64,000 bases of DNA from positions 3,700 through 67,699 of the forward strand of contig JBAXXU010000005.1 in the NCBI GenBank assembly GCA_037127735.1. The letters are read 5' to 3'. The DNA comes from Bacteroidota bacterium (lineage in GTDB: Bacteria > Bacteroidota > Bacteroidia > Bacteroidales > VadinHA17). A model generated the notes under the pieces. It did no database searches. It was not told where the DNA came from and worked only from the letters and a program-made list of their open reading frames with translations. The position numbers were made by a program, and so were the translations under genes. Below, one piece after another: positions 62,212-64,000 of this stretch (positions are counted from its first letter, which is position 1; each line of letters starts with the position of its first letter).

Positions 62212-62676
62212 ATGTACGCGATTGTAGAAATTGCAGGCCAGCAGTTTAAAGTAGAGCAAGGCAAAAAGATTTTTGTTCACCGTCTGGAAGCTGAAGAGGG
62301 AAACCAAATTGAATTTAATCAGGTTCTTTTAATTGAAGATGAAGGCATAATTACTGTCGGGGAACCGACAATTAAAGATGCGATTATTGAGGGTAAGATT
62401 CTCGATCATATGAGAGGTGACAAAGTAATTGTATTCAAAAAGAAGAGAAAAAAGGGTTACAGGGTTAAAAACGGACACCGTCAGAACTTTACACAGGTTG
62501 AAATAATCAGTATTAACGGGAAAACTGCACCAATAAGAGTATTTCCAAAAAAAGAAGAGGTAATAATAGCTGAAGAACCGGTGGAGGAGAAGAAATCAAC
62601 TGCAAAGAAAACCTCAGTGAAGAAAGTTGCAGAAAAGAAACCTTCAGCAAAGAAATCCGCAAAAGGGGAAGAATAA
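62212..62676 (+). CDS. rplU: 50S ribosomal protein L21 with Lys/Glu-rich tail
   Basis: MYAIVEIAGQQFKV, KVIVFKKKR.KGY..KNGHRQ. Confidence 0.97.
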   Translation: MYAIVEIAGQQFKVEQGKKIFVHRLEAEEGNQIEFNQVLLIEDEGIITVGEPTIKDAIIEGKILDHMRGDKVIVFKKKRKKGYRVKNGHRQNFTQVEIISINGKTAPIRVFPKKEEVIIAEEPVEEKKSTAKKTSVKKVAEKKPSAKKSAKGEE

Positions 62677-62712
62677 TAGAATTATAGTATAAGTATATTA
62701 AAATAATTAATT

Positions 62713-62979
62713 ATGGCACATAAGAAAGGAGCAGGTAGTTCACGCAACGGTCGCGACTCTCAAAGTAAACGACTGGGGGTGAAGCTCTTCGGCGGCCAGG
62801 CAGCCAAGGCAGGCAACATTATTGTTCGCCAGAGAGGAACCAAACATAATCCAGGGCTTAATGTTGGCCTCGGTAAAGACCACACTCTTTTTGCTCTTGC
62901 CGATGGAGCAGTTGAGTTCAAAAGAAAAAAAGATAATAAAACTTATGTGTCGGTTATTCCGATACAGGTAAGTGAATAA
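62713..62979 (+). CDS. rpmA: 50S ribosomal protein L27
   Basis: [26 protein letters not shown]. Confidence 0.98.
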   Translation: MAHKKGAGSSRNGRDSQSKRLGVKLFGGQAAKAGNIIVRQRGTKHNPGLNVGLGKDHTLFALADGAVEFKRKKDNKTYVSVIPIQVSE

Positions 62980-63000
62980 ATTATTTTTTTAAAGATATTG

Positions 63001-63088
63001 CTCCCGAAATTCTTTTCTGTTACAGGAAAGCATTATCGGGAGTTTTTTAATATTTTTACAGCAGACTACTTCTGGTCTGCTTTTTTTT
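63001..63088 (+). terminator. Two tandem terminator hairpins after rpmA
   Basis: ctcccga...tcgggag plus T6; agcagact/ggtctgct plus T-run. Confidence 0.7.
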
Positions 63089-63106
63089 ACTTAATCAATA
63101 CTGAAT

Positions 63107-64000
63107 ATGCTAACCATTAATCTTATCCGCGAAAAGAAAGAATTCATCATTGAAAGGCTGAAAGTAAAAAACTTCGATGCAGAAGATATTATAAACCGAA
63201 TTCTTGCACTCGATTCCTCACGTCGTGAAATACAATCGAAAAATGATGGGCTGCTGGCAGAGATGAATCAGATCTCCAGGGATATCGGCTCTCTTATGAA
63301 AGAAGGGAAAAGAGATGAAGCCGAAACCGCCAAAGGAAAAACATATTCACTTAAAGAAGATATAAAATTCCTTTCCGACAAACTGATACCTATCGATAAC
63401 GATCTGAAGAATGAGATCATCAAATTGCCTAACCTTCCGCACGAATCGGTTCCACCAGGACATGGAGCTGATGATAATATTTTAGTCCGCGAGGGTGGTG
63501 ACAAGCCTCTGGTGTCTGAATCAGCTCTACCTCACTGGGATCTTATTAAGAAATATAATATTATTGATTTTGACCTCGGTATTAAGCTTACCGGAGCGGG
63601 ATTTCCGGTATATCTCGGGAAAGGGGCAAAACTTCAAAGAGCTCTGATAAGTTTTTTTCTTGATGAGGGCGAAAAAGCCGGTTACAGGGAAGTGATGCCT
63701 CCGATAATGATTAATGAAGATTCCGGCTTCGGTACAGGGCAATTGCCTGATAAAGAAGGACAAATGTACCATGCCACTCTCGATAATTTTTACATGATAC
63801 CTACTGCTGAAGTGCCGGTCACGAATATCTACCGCGACGTAATACTGAATGCTGAAAATCTTCCGGTAAAAAATATTGCTTATACTCCTTGTTTCAGAAG
63901 AGAGGCCGGCTCGTGGGGAGCTCATGTAAGAGGGCTCAATCGCCTGCACCAGTTTGATAAAGTCGAAATAGTTCAGATTGCACACCCCGACCATTCATAT
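63107..64000 (+). CDS. serS: Seryl-tRNA synthetase (runs off the window end; not in the ORF track)
   Basis: MLTINLIRE..., LPNLPHESVP.G, GTGQLP, IPTAEVP, FRREAGSWG..VRGLNRLHQFDKVE. Confidence 0.95.
   Translation, partial: MLTINLIREKKEFIIERLKVKNFDAEDIINRILALDSSRREIQSKNDGLLAEMNQISRDIGSLMKEGKRDEAETAKGKTYSLKEDIKFLSDKLIPIDNDLKNEIIKLPNLPHESVPPGHGADDNILVREGGDKPLVSESALPHWDLIKKYNIIDFDLGIKLTGAGFPVYLGKGAKLQRALISFFLDEGEKAGYREVMPPIMINEDSGFGTGQLPDKEGQMYHATLDNFYMIPTAEVPVTNIYRDVILNAENLPVKNIAYTPCFRREAGSWGAHVRGLNRLHQFDKVEIVQIAHPDHSY

Noticed and set aside
62520-62676. Histone-like Lys/Ala-rich tail on L21
   Set aside because: Low-complexity L21 extensions are common in Bacteroidota.
63268-63994. Minus-strand ORFs of 78 and 155 aa
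   Set aside because: Antisense shadows of serS, which the ORF track missed because it runs off the window.

Overview
Chromosomal window from a Bacteroidota organism, most likely Bacteroidales. Support: TAnnTTTG -7 promoter elements, mostly no Shine-Dalgarno sequences, GH97/GH3/DUF2807 genes, and purH-mreBCD-mrdA-rodA and tig-clpP-clpX synteny. From about 17.7 kb on it is mostly housekeeping (upp, pgi, mre/mrd, purH, rsmA, carA/argHGR/carB, recQ, tatC, lptB, tRNA-Leu, tig-clpPX, thyA-folA, rplU-rpmA, partial serS). The first ~17.7 kb is an accessory signalling region with two candidate undescribed systems. (1) A Sia-type partner-switching module: a SiaB kinase fused to its SiaC substrate, next to a PP2C phosphatase carrying up to four ryanodine-receptor (RyR) repeats. 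It is divergent from a TerB/FHA-like/ABCG exporter that has a second paralog at 36.7-39.9 kb. (2) A TIR-TM-TolB_N-TPR receptor-like gene, then a 90-aa orphan peptide, a cobalamin-dependent radical SAM enzyme and a decayed second TIR gene. Other items: an ArcE-like arginine synthetase candidate with a strong SD, several small palindromic or MITE-like repeat families, a 15-bp-phased operator array, tandem ARG boxes and an 8-mer VNTR. All calls come from motif recognition by eye; no searches were run.
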